63,472 bases of DNA from an uncultured Clostridia bacterium (GTDB lineage Bacteria; Bacillota; Clostridia; Christensenellales; CAG-138): assembly GCA_944336625.1 (NCBI GenBank), contig CALVLF010000113.1:1-63472 (forward strand), read 5' to 3'. Position 1 is the stretch's first letter, and the number at the start of each line of letters is the position of its first letter. The notes under the pieces are model-generated. The model saw only the letters and a program-made list of their open reading frames with translations. It searched no databases and was not told the DNA's origin. Of this stretch, positions 9,289-18,762 are shown in pieces. A program made the translations under genes and the position numbers.

Positions 9289-10668
9289 TTATTTTACCAG
9301 GGCGGGCAAAGAGGCCGCTGCTGCGGACTGGCCTACCCGGCGGAATTTTTCATCCGGCAGGGCGGGGAGGATTGCAGCGGCGATCTCCGGATATTCATCT
9401 GCCATGGCCTCCTTGCAGGTGGAAAGGATCAAATCCCCGCCCTTGCCCGACATAACCCGGCCCAACAGGAGCACATGTTTGAAATGATATAGATCATAAT
9501 ACAAGGCCAGGGCGTGGGAAAGATAGATGCCGATGGAGCGGTAAATAGCGGCAGCCCGGGGGTCGTCCTGCTCCATCAGAGCCTGGACGGCTTTGAGCTT
9601 CTCCGCAGGAGAGAGCTCTGCATCCAGCTGGATTCCAGCCGCAGGGGCCAGCTTGATGACGCTATCCTGGGAGAAATACTTTACCCCGCAACCAATATCG
9701 CCGGACCATTCATCCACCATGGCGCCGGGGGCAGCGTCCACGGGCACGAAGGCCAGCTCATTGAGCCAGCCGGTGATATTCCCAGCCCCGTCCACATAGC
9801 CTACGGCCTCGCTGGTGCCCATGGCAATGCCCAGGACGTTGTTATCATCCAGGCTCATGGCCCCGGCCAGGGCGGTTACATCCCCGTCGTTGGCCACCAC
9901 CAGGGGCACATCGCCGATTTCCTTGGCCGCCCGGATATAGATATCCTTTACCTTGGCATCAAAAAGATCCTCCGGAACCTTTAAGAACAGGGAGGCCACC
10001 ATGGTGCGGTTTTCAATGTAGATGCCCGCAGAAGAAACGCCGATGGCATCCACCCGGGGCATGTGGGCAGCGGCGGATTTCATGGCTGCCACGATGCCCT
10101 GAAAGTGATAATCCGGGTCCTCGGTGATCTTGGGGAACCAGACTACTTCCTCGGAAAATACGCTTTCTCCATCGATGACAGCGGAAACCTTTCGGTCGGA
10201 ACCGCCGGCATCAAAGCCGATACGGCAGCCATCTAAATGGCGGCCGATGGCCTGGGATTGGCTTATTTCCGGGGGCAGCTCCGCACATTCCACCACCTGG
10301 AAGGGCTGCTCATATACCCGGGCCATAAAGTCCGCGTCAAAGGCACGGCTTCCGCCGGGGGCATATGCTGCCTTAAGAAGCTGGAACATATCCCCATCGC
10401 CCCAGACGTATACCTTAAAGCCGCCTTTCATCCAAAGGAGGGTTTTAACCAGCCGGTCCACATAATAGCGGTCCGCCTGCACGAATTCCGGCGTACCGTG
10501 GATAAAGGTCCGATAGACGGCCCTTTGGCCGCCCGACCGCTCTACGGCGATGCCAAAGGGTTTGTGCGCATCCCGCAAAAAGGCATGGTTAAAGAGGTAA
10601 AGAGGTGCATAATCGGGGTCCAGAGGGGGAATATGCCGGGGGGAAACTTCGATTCCATAGCAATTCAT
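9289..10668 (-). CDS. ASKHA/ROK-like sugar kinase with an extra N-terminal domain of about 160 aa (candidate GlcNAc/ManNAc kinase of the nan locus)
   Basis: Phosphate-1 motif IGFDAGGSDRKV and DGDVTALAG...GIAMGTSEAVG motifs. Start chosen at MNCYGIEV after SD ggagg plus 8 nt. No canonical ROK CxCGxxGC zinc motif seen. Confidence 0.7.
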   Translation of the reverse strand: MNCYGIEVSPRHIPPLDPDYAPLYLFNHAFLRDAHKPFGIAVERSGGQRAVYRTFIHGTPEFVQADRYYVDRLVKTLLWMKGGFKVYVWGDGDMFQLLKAAYAPGGSRAFDADFMARVYEQPFQVVECAELPPEISQSQAIGRHLDGCRIGFDAGGSDRKVSAVIDGESVFSEEVVWFPKITEDPDYHFQGIVAAMKSAAAHMPRVDAIGVSSAGIYIENRTMVASLFLKVPEDLFDAKVKDIYIRAAKEIGDVPLVVANDGDVTALAGAMSLDDNNVLGIAMGTSEAVGYVDGAGNITGWLNELAFVPVDAAPGAMVDEWSGDIGCGVKYFSQDSVIKLAPAAGIQLDAELSPAEKLKAVQALMEQDDPRAAAIYRSIGIYLSHALALYYDLYHFKHVLLLGRVMSGKGGDLILSTCKEAMADEYPEIAAAILPALPDEKFRRVGQSAAAASLPALVK

Positions 10669-10742
10669 GGCAAAAACCTCCATCCATCGTTTTATATTTC
10701 CGGATACGTTACCCTTAAGGTCCAAGGGAAACTGTTATTGTA

Positions 10743-10771
10743 ATCATATCACGAGAGCGGGCGCTTGTCAC
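10743..10771 (-). promoter_or_regulatory. putative promoter of the kinase-DUF624 operon
   Basis: Minus strand: GTGACA, 17 nt, TATGAT. Confidence 0.4.
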
Positions 10772-10805
10772 CCAAAAGGATAATAATTTTCATAAATAAA
10801 AATTC

Positions 10806-10834
10806 TTGAAAAATTCTTTCCTAAGGAATATAAT
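10806..10834 (+). promoter_or_regulatory. putative promoter of the epimerase-rpiR genes
   Basis: TTGAAA (10806-10811), 17 nt, TATAAT (10829-10834). The spacer contains ttcctaaggaa. Confidence 0.5.
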
Positions 10835-10903
10835 GGGAACCAAGAGATACAACGAAATCACCCCTGCTACCAACATTCTGCGAAAAAGGACTGCGTAAAC
10901 AAA

Positions 10904-12115
10904 ATGGATACGAAAAACCTGCTTCTTCAAAGCCAATCTTGGATCAGAAGCCAACTGGAGCGCAGTGTACGCTTCTGGTTGGAAAACGGTATGGACCCGG
11001 TCAACGGCGGTGTATATACCTGCCTAGATCGCACCGGAAAAATCTACTCTACCGACAAAAGCGTTTGGATGCAGGGCCGCTGCGCCTGGACCTTTGCTTA
11101 TCTTTGCGCCGTGTATGGCGTAAAGGAAGAATGGCTGGCGGCTAGTAAGAGCTGTTTGGATTTCATGGAGCGGCATTGCATCAACCGGGCGGCGGGAGAT
11201 CGGATGTATTTTACGGTTACGGCGGATGGTAAGCCTCTGCGCCAGCGGCGGTACTGCTTTTCCGAGGGCTTTTATGCCATAGCCAATGCGGAATATTATG
11301 GCGTCACCGGGGAGCAGGAATGTCTGGAGCGGGCACGCCGCGCTTATGAGCTGATCTGGTCTTTGAATCAGGGGCTTATCAAAGATCCCACTGGCTTGGG
11401 CCCTAAAACCATTCCCGAAACCCGTTCCGGCCGGACGTTGGCCAACCCCATGATCTATTTGAATATCACCTCCGTGCTGCGCCGGGTGGATCCGGATCAG
11501 GCTGCTCTTTATGACCAGCGTGCCGCTCAGTGCGTAGATGAAATCTTCCGTTACCATTATAAACCAGAACTGGGATGCACGCTGGAAAATGTGGGCCCCA
11601 ACGGTGAATTCCGGGGCGAAATTTCCGAAGGCCGCATCGTAAACCCCGGCCACGATATCGAATGTTCCTGGTTTTTGATGGAGGATGCGAACCACCGGGG
11701 TGATAAGGCCCAATATGAAACCGCTGTGAAGATATTCGACCAGGCGGCAAAGGCCGGGTGGGATCCGGAATACGGCGGGCTGCTGTATTTCATAGATTGC
11801 CTTGGCAATCCTCCTGAATCCTACGAGCATGATATGAAGCTCTGGTGGCCCCATGATGAACTGCTCATCGCCTCTATGATGATTTACCGGGATACTGGCG
11901 ATGAAGCTTACCTGGCCTGGTTTGAAAAAACTCTGGAATACTGCAAAACGTATTTCGCCGATGAAGAATATGGCGAATGGTACGGATACTTGCGGCGGGA
12001 TGGAAAGCCCACCATGCCCCCAGCTAAAGGCTCCACCTTCAAAGGCCCCTTCCATCTGCCCAGGATGCTGGTGATGGTGGATACCATGATCGGACAGATT
12101 CTGGCCCGGGCATAG
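10904..12115 (+). CDS. AGE-family N-acylglucosamine (ManNAc/GlcNAc) 2-epimerase
   Basis: 403 aa with AGE/RENBP-like sequence (WLENGMDPVNGGVYTCLDRTGK...WMQGR...) in nan-locus context. Confidence 0.8.
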   Translation: MDTKNLLLQSQSWIRSQLERSVRFWLENGMDPVNGGVYTCLDRTGKIYSTDKSVWMQGRCAWTFAYLCAVYGVKEEWLAASKSCLDFMERHCINRAAGDRMYFTVTADGKPLRQRRYCFSEGFYAIANAEYYGVTGEQECLERARRAYELIWSLNQGLIKDPTGLGPKTIPETRSGRTLANPMIYLNITSVLRRVDPDQAALYDQRAAQCVDEIFRYHYKPELGCTLENVGPNGEFRGEISEGRIVNPGHDIECSWFLMEDANHRGDKAQYETAVKIFDQAAKAGWDPEYGGLLYFIDCLGNPPESYEHDMKLWWPHDELLIASMMIYRDTGDEAYLAWFEKTLEYCKTYFADEEYGEWYGYLRRDGKPTMPPAKGSTFKGPFHLPRMLVMVDTMIGQILARA

Positions 12116-12153
12116 TTTCCCAGCCAGGAAAAAACAGGGAAAGGAGATACGGC

Positions 12154-13014
12154 ATGCACACCGGCGCCGGAAGCGTATTCGATAAAATCAACGACGCATA
12201 TTATCAGCTTACCACGGCTGATAAAAAGGTGGCGGATTATGTCATCTCCCACCAGCGGGATACCCAATTTATGTCCATCTCGGATCTTGCCGATGCCTGC
12301 GGCGTTGCAGAAGCTACGATTTCCCGTTTTTGCCGGCGGCTGAATTATAAAGGTTATACCGACTTTAAACTGGCTGTGGCCAGCGATACCGCTGCCCAGG
12401 GGGGCAGCACCATGGCCGCCGGCGAACCCTCTGCGGCGGATAGCATCCCTACGCTTTGCGAAAAGCTTTACAGCATGGATACGGAAGCGCTGTCGCAGAC
12501 CCTGGCCCTTATCCGGCCCGAACAGATCCAGGCGGCAGGGGATATCCTCCTGAGTGCCTCCCGCGTCCTCTGCATGGGGCAGGGCGGTTCCATGATTATG
12601 GCTATGGAGGCCGCCCACCTGTTTTCCACAGCTTTTTCTGGCTATTCTCCCGTATATGATTCCCATTTGCAGGCCATCGCCGCCGCAACGCTGACGGAGA
12701 AGGATGCAGTGCTCTTCTTTTCCTATTCCGGCTCGACCCGTGAGCTGCTGGACCTGCTGACGGTGGTAAAGGAGCAGGGCGCCAAGATTATTCTCGTAAC
12801 CCATTTCCCCAAGTCCCCGGCTGCCGCTTTCGCAGATGTGATTCTGCAGTGCGGCGCCAATGAAGGGCCCCTGCAGCTGGGATCCATCCCGGCCAGGATC
12901 GCCCAGCTTTTTGTGATAGACGTGCTTTTTGCCCAGGTCTGCCGCAATAGCGGCGGAAGAAGCCAGAAAGCCCAGGAACAGGTGGCGGCGGCACTTGCTA
13001 TGAAACATGTCTAA
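12154..13014 (+). CDS. RpiR-family transcriptional regulator (HTH_6 + SIS), likely the nan regulator
   Basis: N-terminal HTH (SISDLADACGVAEATISRFCRRL) and SIS domain (GQGGS..., FFSYSGST). Confidence 0.85.
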   Translation: MHTGAGSVFDKINDAYYQLTTADKKVADYVISHQRDTQFMSISDLADACGVAEATISRFCRRLNYKGYTDFKLAVASDTAAQGGSTMAAGEPSAADSIPTLCEKLYSMDTEALSQTLALIRPEQIQAAGDILLSASRVLCMGQGGSMIMAMEAAHLFSTAFSGYSPVYDSHLQAIAAATLTEKDAVLFFSYSGSTRELLDLLTVVKEQGAKIILVTHFPKSPAAAFADVILQCGANEGPLQLGSIPARIAQLFVIDVLFAQVCRNSGGRSQKAQEQVAAALAMKHV

Positions 13015-13070
13015 AGGCAAAAATCCCCTGCCAGCTTTTTCGAAGGCAGGGAACAGCTTGCCTAGCTCTA

Positions 13071-13116
13071 TTGACAATGCTTTTTGTCCCGGTTACAATA
13101 CAGATAACATATCTGT
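13071..13116 (+). promoter_or_regulatory. promoter plus palindromic operator upstream of the sialic-acid ABC genes
   Basis: TTGACA (13071-13076), 17 nt, TACAAT (13094-13099). Directly followed by acagata-aca-tatctgt (13100-13116), a 7-bp perfect inverted repeat. Confidence 0.55.
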
Positions 13117-13234
13117 TAGTTTCTTTCTCTACTGTACTATTAGACCTTTGCCTTTGTACCCACATACCCCAAAAACACAATAGAAATATAATTTGGATCA
13201 GCCATACAACAAGAACACCAAGGAGGTAAAAACA

Positions 13235-14632
13235 ATGATAAAGAAAGTTCTTGCGATCCTCATGACCCTGTGCCTGGTGCTGGGCCTGGCGGCCTGCTCC
13301 AGCAGCGGGGAAACCGCCGCTCCCGCCGCTACGGAAGCCCCGGCGGCCACGGAAGCTGCGGATGCCACAGAGGCTCCTGCTGACTCCGCTGCTACGGATG
13401 ATTCCGCCAGCGCTGAGCCCGTAGAGATCAGCCTCTGGAGCTTCAACATCGGTTCCTTTACCGAAACCAGCAGCTGGGATAGCGTCATTGCTGCTTTCAA
13501 TGAAGTACATCCCGAGATTACCGTTACCGTCAACGCCATCAACTACCAGGATGGTGACCAGCGGCTCACTACGGCCATCAGCTCCGGTACCGGCCCGGAT
13601 ATCATCTTCGAAGGCCCAGAGCGCATTGTAGGCAACTATGCCCGCGAAGGCCTGATGGCGGATCTGTCCGATCTGTGGACTGCTAGCGGCAGCGATATCA
13701 GCGAAGGCATTTCCTCTCTCTCCCAGCTGGATGGTACCTATTACTTCTTCCCGATCAGCGCAGCTGCCCACTGCATGGCCATCAACTATGAGGTCTTTGA
13801 GGCTGCCGGTGCCCTCCAGTATATCGATGAGGAGACCCGTACCTGGACTACCGATGACTTCGTAGCTGCCATGGCTGCTGTGCGGGATGCCATCGAGGCT
13901 GGCACGGTTTCCGTTGCGGTGCCCGGCATCATCTACTGCGGTGCCCAGGGCGGCGACCAGGGTACTCGCGCTCTGGTGAATAACCTCTATTCCGACTATT
14001 TCGTAACCGAAGATGGCTCTTCCTACAATGCCAACAGCGCTAAGAATGTGCAGGCCCTGACGCTGTTGCAGACGATGGTAAATGACGGATCCCTGTCTGC
14101 CAACGCCAGCTTCGCCGCTTCTGACGAGCTCCAGGCCTTCGCCAATCAGACCTGCGCCGTATCCTTCTGCTGGAACTATTCCAACTATGCCCAGTATGCG
14201 GCCCAGACCCAGTTCACTCCCTTTGCCATGGCCTTCCCCTCTGACGATGGCGTGCCCGAGCTGGAGATGGCTGGCCCCTATGGCTTCGGCGTATTCGATA
14301 AAGGCGATGCCGCCAAGGTAGAGGCTGCCAAGACTTTCGTAGATTTCGTCTGCAACGACCAGACTGCCGGCGTTGAGGTGGTAAAGGCCACCGGCTTCTT
14401 CCCGGTGCATACGGACTGGGGCGATGTTTATGCCGGCGATGCGGATGCTGCTGACCGCGCTCCCTTTGCCCTGATGAGCGATTATCTGGGCCGGTCCTAT
14501 GCCCTGACCGGCGGCTGGACCGAGCAGCGTGCCCTTTGGTGGCCCCTCCTGGCGGAGATCATGACCACCGGTGCGGATCCGCAGACCGCTGCTGATAACT
14601 ATGTGGCCCAGGCGAACGCCAACATTGGCTAA
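13235..14632 (+). CDS. extracellular solute-binding lipoprotein (family 1), candidate sialic-acid binding protein
   Basis: MIKKVLAILMTLCLVLGLAAC lipobox after SD aaggagg, acidic A/T/E-rich linker, sugar-SBP-like body, nan-locus context. Confidence 0.8.
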   Translation: MIKKVLAILMTLCLVLGLAACSSSGETAAPAATEAPAATEAADATEAPADSAATDDSASAEPVEISLWSFNIGSFTETSSWDSVIAAFNEVHPEITVTVNAINYQDGDQRLTTAISSGTGPDIIFEGPERIVGNYAREGLMADLSDLWTASGSDISEGISSLSQLDGTYYFFPISAAAHCMAINYEVFEAAGALQYIDEETRTWTTDDFVAAMAAVRDAIEAGTVSVAVPGIIYCGAQGGDQGTRALVNNLYSDYFVTEDGSSYNANSAKNVQALTLLQTMVNDGSLSANASFAASDELQAFANQTCAVSFCWNYSNYAQYAAQTQFTPFAMAFPSDDGVPELEMAGPYGFGVFDKGDAAKVEAAKTFVDFVCNDQTAGVEVVKATGFFPVHTDWGDVYAGDADAADRAPFALMSDYLGRSYALTGGWTEQRALWWPLLAEIMTTGADPQTAADNYVAQANANIG

Positions 14633-14673
14633 CACTATCCATTACTGTAATATCAAGGAATTTGCGTGACGTT

Positions 14674-14705
14674 GTGCCCGCTCCCTTGCGAGAGGGGGCG
14701 GGCAC
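14674..14705 (+). promoter_or_regulatory. intercistronic stem-loop between the SBP and permease genes
   Basis: gtgcccgc / gcgggcac 8-bp stem with an inner ccct/aggg stem and no T-run. This is the arrangement commonly seen where SBP mRNA is stabilised relative to the permeases. Confidence 0.4.
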
Positions 14706-14764
14706 CATTATACATCCCACCCAAGGCGGGTGGGAAAAATCCATGTAGAGAGGGAAGGTTACTT

Positions 14765-15715
14765 ATGGCGCAGAATACAGATGTGGCCACCGCTGCGGCC
14801 GCGCCCCGTAAGGCGAAAAAATCCCAAAAACCCTCCGGAACCTCCGGCATGAGCCGGGCCCTCGTTCGCCGGGAAACGATTTCCGCCTATTGCTTTCTGT
14901 TGCCCAGCTTGGTTTTCTTCGTGGGGTTTGTGGTTGTCCCCATGTTCATCTGCCTGTTCTACAGCTTCCTGGATTATGGGCTGGGCGGCGTAGCAGGTTT
15001 TGCCGGGCTGGATAATTATATTCAACTGTTTCAGGATGAGGTATTCCATAAGGGCTTTATGAATACCTTGTTGATCGTGGTGGTCGCCGTGCCGACGGTT
15101 ACCGCGTTTTCCCTTTGGGTGGGCTCCGCCATCTACAAGATGCATACCATTCCCAGGTCGTTCTTCCGCTGCGTGTTCTACCTGCCTGTGGTTACGGGCT
15201 CGGTGGCCGTTACCGTGGTTTGGAAGTGGATCCTGCATCCTTATAATGGCCTGCTCAATCAGATTGCCGGCACCACCGGGTTTGATTGGCTGGGCAATGC
15301 CTCCACTGCTATCTGGTTTATTATTCTGATCTTATTTACCACCTCTATTGGCCAGCCCATCGTGCTGTATGTGGCGGCCCTGGGCAATGTGGATACTTCC
15401 ATTATCGAGGCGGCGCAGGTGGATGGCGCGACCAAGCTCCAGGTTTTCTGGAAGATCAAGTGGCCTGCTATCATGTCAACAACCCTGTATGTGCTGGTTA
15501 TTACGACCATCAATTCTTTCCAATGCTTTGCGCTGATTCAGCTGTTGACCCGAGGCGGGCCGTTGAATTCCACCATGACCATCATGTATCAGGTTTATGA
15601 TACGGCCTATAGGCTGCAGGATTTCGGCTATGCAAACGCAATCGGCGTAATATTGGCCATTATTATCGCCATCTTTTCCGCTATCCAGTTCAAACTGGCC
15701 AAGACGGATAATTAA
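14765..15715 (+). CDS. carbohydrate ABC transporter permease (MalF-like)
   Basis: EAA loop EAAQVDGATKLQVFWKIKWP. Start at MAQNTDV after gagggaagg. Confidence 0.85.
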   Translation: MAQNTDVATAAAAPRKAKKSQKPSGTSGMSRALVRRETISAYCFLLPSLVFFVGFVVVPMFICLFYSFLDYGLGGVAGFAGLDNYIQLFQDEVFHKGFMNTLLIVVVAVPTVTAFSLWVGSAIYKMHTIPRSFFRCVFYLPVVTGSVAVTVVWKWILHPYNGLLNQIAGTTGFDWLGNASTAIWFIILILFTTSIGQPIVLYVAALGNVDTSIIEAAQVDGATKLQVFWKIKWPAIMSTTLYVLVITTINSFQCFALIQLLTRGGPLNSTMTIMYQVYDTAYRLQDFGYANAIGVILAIIIAIFSAIQFKLAKTDN

Positions 15716-15727
15716 GGGGGTGCAAAT

Positions 15728-16570
15728 ATGAATAAACACATGGATTTAACCGGCACTTCCCCTGGCTATCGGGTATTTTCTGCCATCGTGCTGATCCTGC
15801 TGGCCCTGTTCTTTATCTTTCCCCTATACTGGATCATCACGGGCTCCTTCAAGGACGTAATTGAGATCAATGCCCGCCAGCCCGTCTGGTTCCCCCAGTC
15901 GCCTACGCTGGATAACTACGTCCGCCTCTTTGAGCATCCGGCCCTGCGCTGGCTGTTCAATATCGTCTTTATCTCCGGCGCGGCTATGATCCTTACCTGC
16001 CTTACTGCTTCCCTGGCAGGCTATGCGCTGGCAAAGAAGCGGTTCATTGGCCGAAGCGTGCTGTTTACCATCATTATCTGCGCTATGGCCCTGCCCAAAC
16101 AGGTAATCGTCATTCCCCTTTTGCAGGAAATGACCTACCTGCATATGAACGATACCCTCTGGGCGGTAATTCTGCCTACAGTGGGCTGGCCCTTTGGCGT
16201 ATTCCTGATGAAACAGTTTGCGGAAACCATCCCCACGGAGATTCTGGAGGCTGCCAGAGTAGATGGCTCCGGGGAGCTGAATACCTTCGTAAAAGTGGTT
16301 TTTCCCATGATCAAGCCCGGCGTGGGTGCGTTGGCCATTTTCACGTTTGTCAACGCATGGAATGACTATTTTCTCCAGCTGGTCATGCTCGGCAGCGATG
16401 ATAAGCTCACCCTCCCCGTAGGTATTGCCAACCTGCAGGGGGAAATGTCCAGCGACTTTGGACTGATCATGGCAGGCGCAGCCCTGGCGGCCATCCCTAT
16501 TGTGGCCGTATTCATCATCTTCCAGAAATACTTCACCCAGGGCATCGCTATGGGCGCCGTCAAGGGGTGA
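15728..16570 (+). CDS. carbohydrate ABC transporter permease (MalG-like)
   Basis: EAA loop EAARVDGSGELNTFVKVVFP, six TM segments. Confidence 0.9.
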   Translation: MNKHMDLTGTSPGYRVFSAIVLILLALFFIFPLYWIITGSFKDVIEINARQPVWFPQSPTLDNYVRLFEHPALRWLFNIVFISGAAMILTCLTASLAGYALAKKRFIGRSVLFTIIICAMALPKQVIVIPLLQEMTYLHMNDTLWAVILPTVGWPFGVFLMKQFAETIPTEILEAARVDGSGELNTFVKVVFPMIKPGVGALAIFTFVNAWNDYFLQLVMLGSDDKLTLPVGIANLQGEMSSDFGLIMAGAALAAIPIVAVFIIFQKYFTQGIAMGAVKG

Positions 16571-16574
16571 TGGG

Positions 16575-17060
16575 ATGATTTTAGGGAAAAATCAGGATGC
16601 CCTGGCCTACCTGGGGATCCATCCCAACCTGGATATGGCCCTGCGCCATATTACCCCTGCTTTTTTAGACGCGCTTTCGGACGATAAGCGGGTGGAGCTG
16701 CAGGGGGAGCAGGTCTACTGCACCCGCTTCACCTATGAGACGATTCCGCTGGAAGCCGGGTTTTTCGAGGCCCACCGCCGTTATCTGGATATTCATATCA
16801 TGCTGGAAGGGCAGGAGCGGGTGGATGTTTCCCATCCGGCAGGCCTTGCCCTGCTGGAGGAAAAGCAGGGGCAGGATTTTTATGCATATCAAGGGGAGGC
16901 GGAATATACCATGGTGCTGCGGCCGGGGAGCTTCCTCGTGGTATTCCCCGGGGATGCCCACCGCATTAAGCTGCAGGTGGATGGGACCCGCCGGGTCAGC
17001 AAGGCGGTATTTAAAGTTCTGATTGACGATCCGTCCGCTGCCCTTTTCCCGAAAAAATAA
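16575..17060 (+). CDS. YhcH/YjgK/YiaL-family (DUF386) protein, sialic-acid-associated
   Basis: FEAHRRYLDIHIMLEGQE...VVFPGDAHR cupin-like motif typical of YhcH. Start trimmed to MILGKNQ. Confidence 0.75.
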   Translation: MILGKNQDALAYLGIHPNLDMALRHITPAFLDALSDDKRVELQGEQVYCTRFTYETIPLEAGFFEAHRRYLDIHIMLEGQERVDVSHPAGLALLEEKQGQDFYAYQGEAEYTMVLRPGSFLVVFPGDAHRIKLQVDGTRRVSKAVFKVLIDDPSAALFPKK

Positions 17061-17085
17061 TTAGATTGGATTGGAAAGAGCGAAT

Positions 17086-17997
17086 ATGAAAGATTACAGC
17101 AAATACCAGGGGATCATCCCCGCCTTTTATGCCTGCTATGATGCCCGGGGGGATATAAGCCCCGAAGGCGTGCGGGCCCTGGCGGAGCATTTCCTGAAAA
17201 AGGGCGTCAAGGGCCTGTATGTGGGAGGCTCCTCCGGCGAGTGTATCTATCACAGCGTGGAGGAACGCAAGTGCATTTTGGAAAACGTTATGGCCGTGGC
17301 CAAGGGAAAGATTACCATTATTGCCCATGTGGCCTGCAATAACACGGCAGATAGCCGGGCCCTGGCAGCCCATGCCGAGGCCCAGGGGGTAGATGCCATC
17401 GCAGCCATCCCGCCCATCTACTTCCACCTGCCTTCCTATGCGATTGCAGCGTACTGGAACCAGATTTCTGCGGCGGCACCCAATACGGATTTTATTATCT
17501 ACAATATCCCCCAGCTGGCTGGCGTGGCTCTTACGATCCCTCTCCTCCGGGAGATGCTGAAGAATCCCCGGGTTATTGGCGTGAAGAACTCTTCCATGCC
17601 TGTGCAGGATATTCAGATGTTCCGGGATGAAGGGGCCATCGTATTCAATGGCCCGGACGAGCAGCTGCTTTCCGGCCTGGCCGCTGGCGCCATCGGCGGC
17701 ATCGGCGGCACCTATGGGGTAATGCCGGAATTGTATATGAAAATCCGGGAGCTGTTCCTGGCCGGTCAGATGGAAAAGGCCAGGGAAGTGCAGGATACCT
17801 GCTGCCGCATCATCTATAAGCTGTGCGCTGGGAAGGGCAATATGTATGCCGTCATCAAGGCCGTCCTAAGGGAGATGGGTGCCCCGGACTGCGGCTCCGT
17901 GCGCCTGCCCCTGGCCCCCCTTGCAGAGGAAGATGGGCCCATCGTAGCCCAGTGTGCTGCCATGATTCGCGAGGCTATAGCGAAATACTGCGGATAA
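17086..17997 (+). CDS. nanA: N-acetylneuraminate lyase
   Basis: DapA/NAL family: KYQGIIPAFYACYD, GLYVGGSSGE, IIYNIP...GVKNSS. SD ggaaagag lies 5 nt before the ATG. Confidence 0.9.
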   Translation: MKDYSKYQGIIPAFYACYDARGDISPEGVRALAEHFLKKGVKGLYVGGSSGECIYHSVEERKCILENVMAVAKGKITIIAHVACNNTADSRALAAHAEAQGVDAIAAIPPIYFHLPSYAIAAYWNQISAAAPNTDFIIYNIPQLAGVALTIPLLREMLKNPRVIGVKNSSMPVQDIQMFRDEGAIVFNGPDEQLLSGLAAGAIGGIGGTYGVMPELYMKIRELFLAGQMEKAREVQDTCCRIIYKLCAGKGNMYAVIKAVLREMGAPDCGSVRLPLAPLAEEDGPIVAQCAAMIREAIAKYCG

Positions 17998-18009
17998 GAG
18001 AGGATCGTT

Positions 18010-18762
18010 ATGCGAATTTATGCTTGTGCGGATTACCGCACCATGAGCCGCCAGGCGGCAAATATCATATCCGCCCAGGTTATCTTCAAGCCGGACTGCA
18101 TCCTGGGCCTGGCCACAGGTTCTACCCCTATCGGCACCTATGCCCAGCTGGTGGAGTGGTACAAAAAGGGAGATCTTTCCTTTGCAGAGGTGCGCAGCGT
18201 CAATCTGGATGAATATTTGGGCCTGGCGCCGGATCATATTCAGAGCTACCGCTATTTCATGCAGAAGAATCTTTTCGACCATGTGGATATAAAGCCGGAA
18301 AATACCAACGTGCCCAACGGCCTGGCGGAGGACCCGGAAGCGGAATGCCGCCGGTATGACCGCATCATCGAAGGCTTCGGCGGGGTGGACTTGCAGCTGC
18401 TGGGCATGGGGCATAATGGGCACATCGGCTTTAACGAGCCCTCCAACGCCTTTCCCACGGATACCCATGTGGTGGAGCTGACCCATAGCACCATCGAGGC
18501 GAATAAGCGCTTTTTCGCCTCTGAGGCAGATGTGCCCCATAAGGCCCTGACCATGGGCGTGCGGAGCATTCTCCAGGCCAAGGCGGTGCTGATGGTGGTC
18601 AGCGGCGCAGATAAGGCGGAGGTCGTGCATAAAGCCTTCTGCGGGCCGGTTACGCCGGAGGTCCCTGCCTCCATTCTGCAGCTGCACCGCAATGTAATCC
18701 TGGTTGGGGATATGGAAGCGCTGCATCTGCTGCCCAAGGAGGTCCTGCATCTATGCGATTGA
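18010..18762 (+). CDS. nagB: glucosamine-6-phosphate deaminase
   Basis: LGLATGSTP, NLDEY, GMGHNGHIGFNEP motifs. Confidence 0.92.
   Translation: MRIYACADYRTMSRQAANIISAQVIFKPDCILGLATGSTPIGTYAQLVEWYKKGDLSFAEVRSVNLDEYLGLAPDHIQSYRYFMQKNLFDHVDIKPENTNVPNGLAEDPEAECRRYDRIIEGFGGVDLQLLGMGHNGHIGFNEPSNAFPTDTHVVELTHSTIEANKRFFASEADVPHKALTMGVRSILQAKAVLMVVSGADKAEVVHKAFCGPVTPEVPASILQLHRNVILVGDMEALHLLPKEVLHLCD

Noticed and set aside
9289-10725. Longer version of the nan kinase starting at 10725 (MDLKGNVSGNIKRWMEVFA…).
   Set aside because: The downstream ATG at 10668 has a proper ggagg SD at 8-nt spacing. The extension overlaps the promoter and hairpin region and has no SD.
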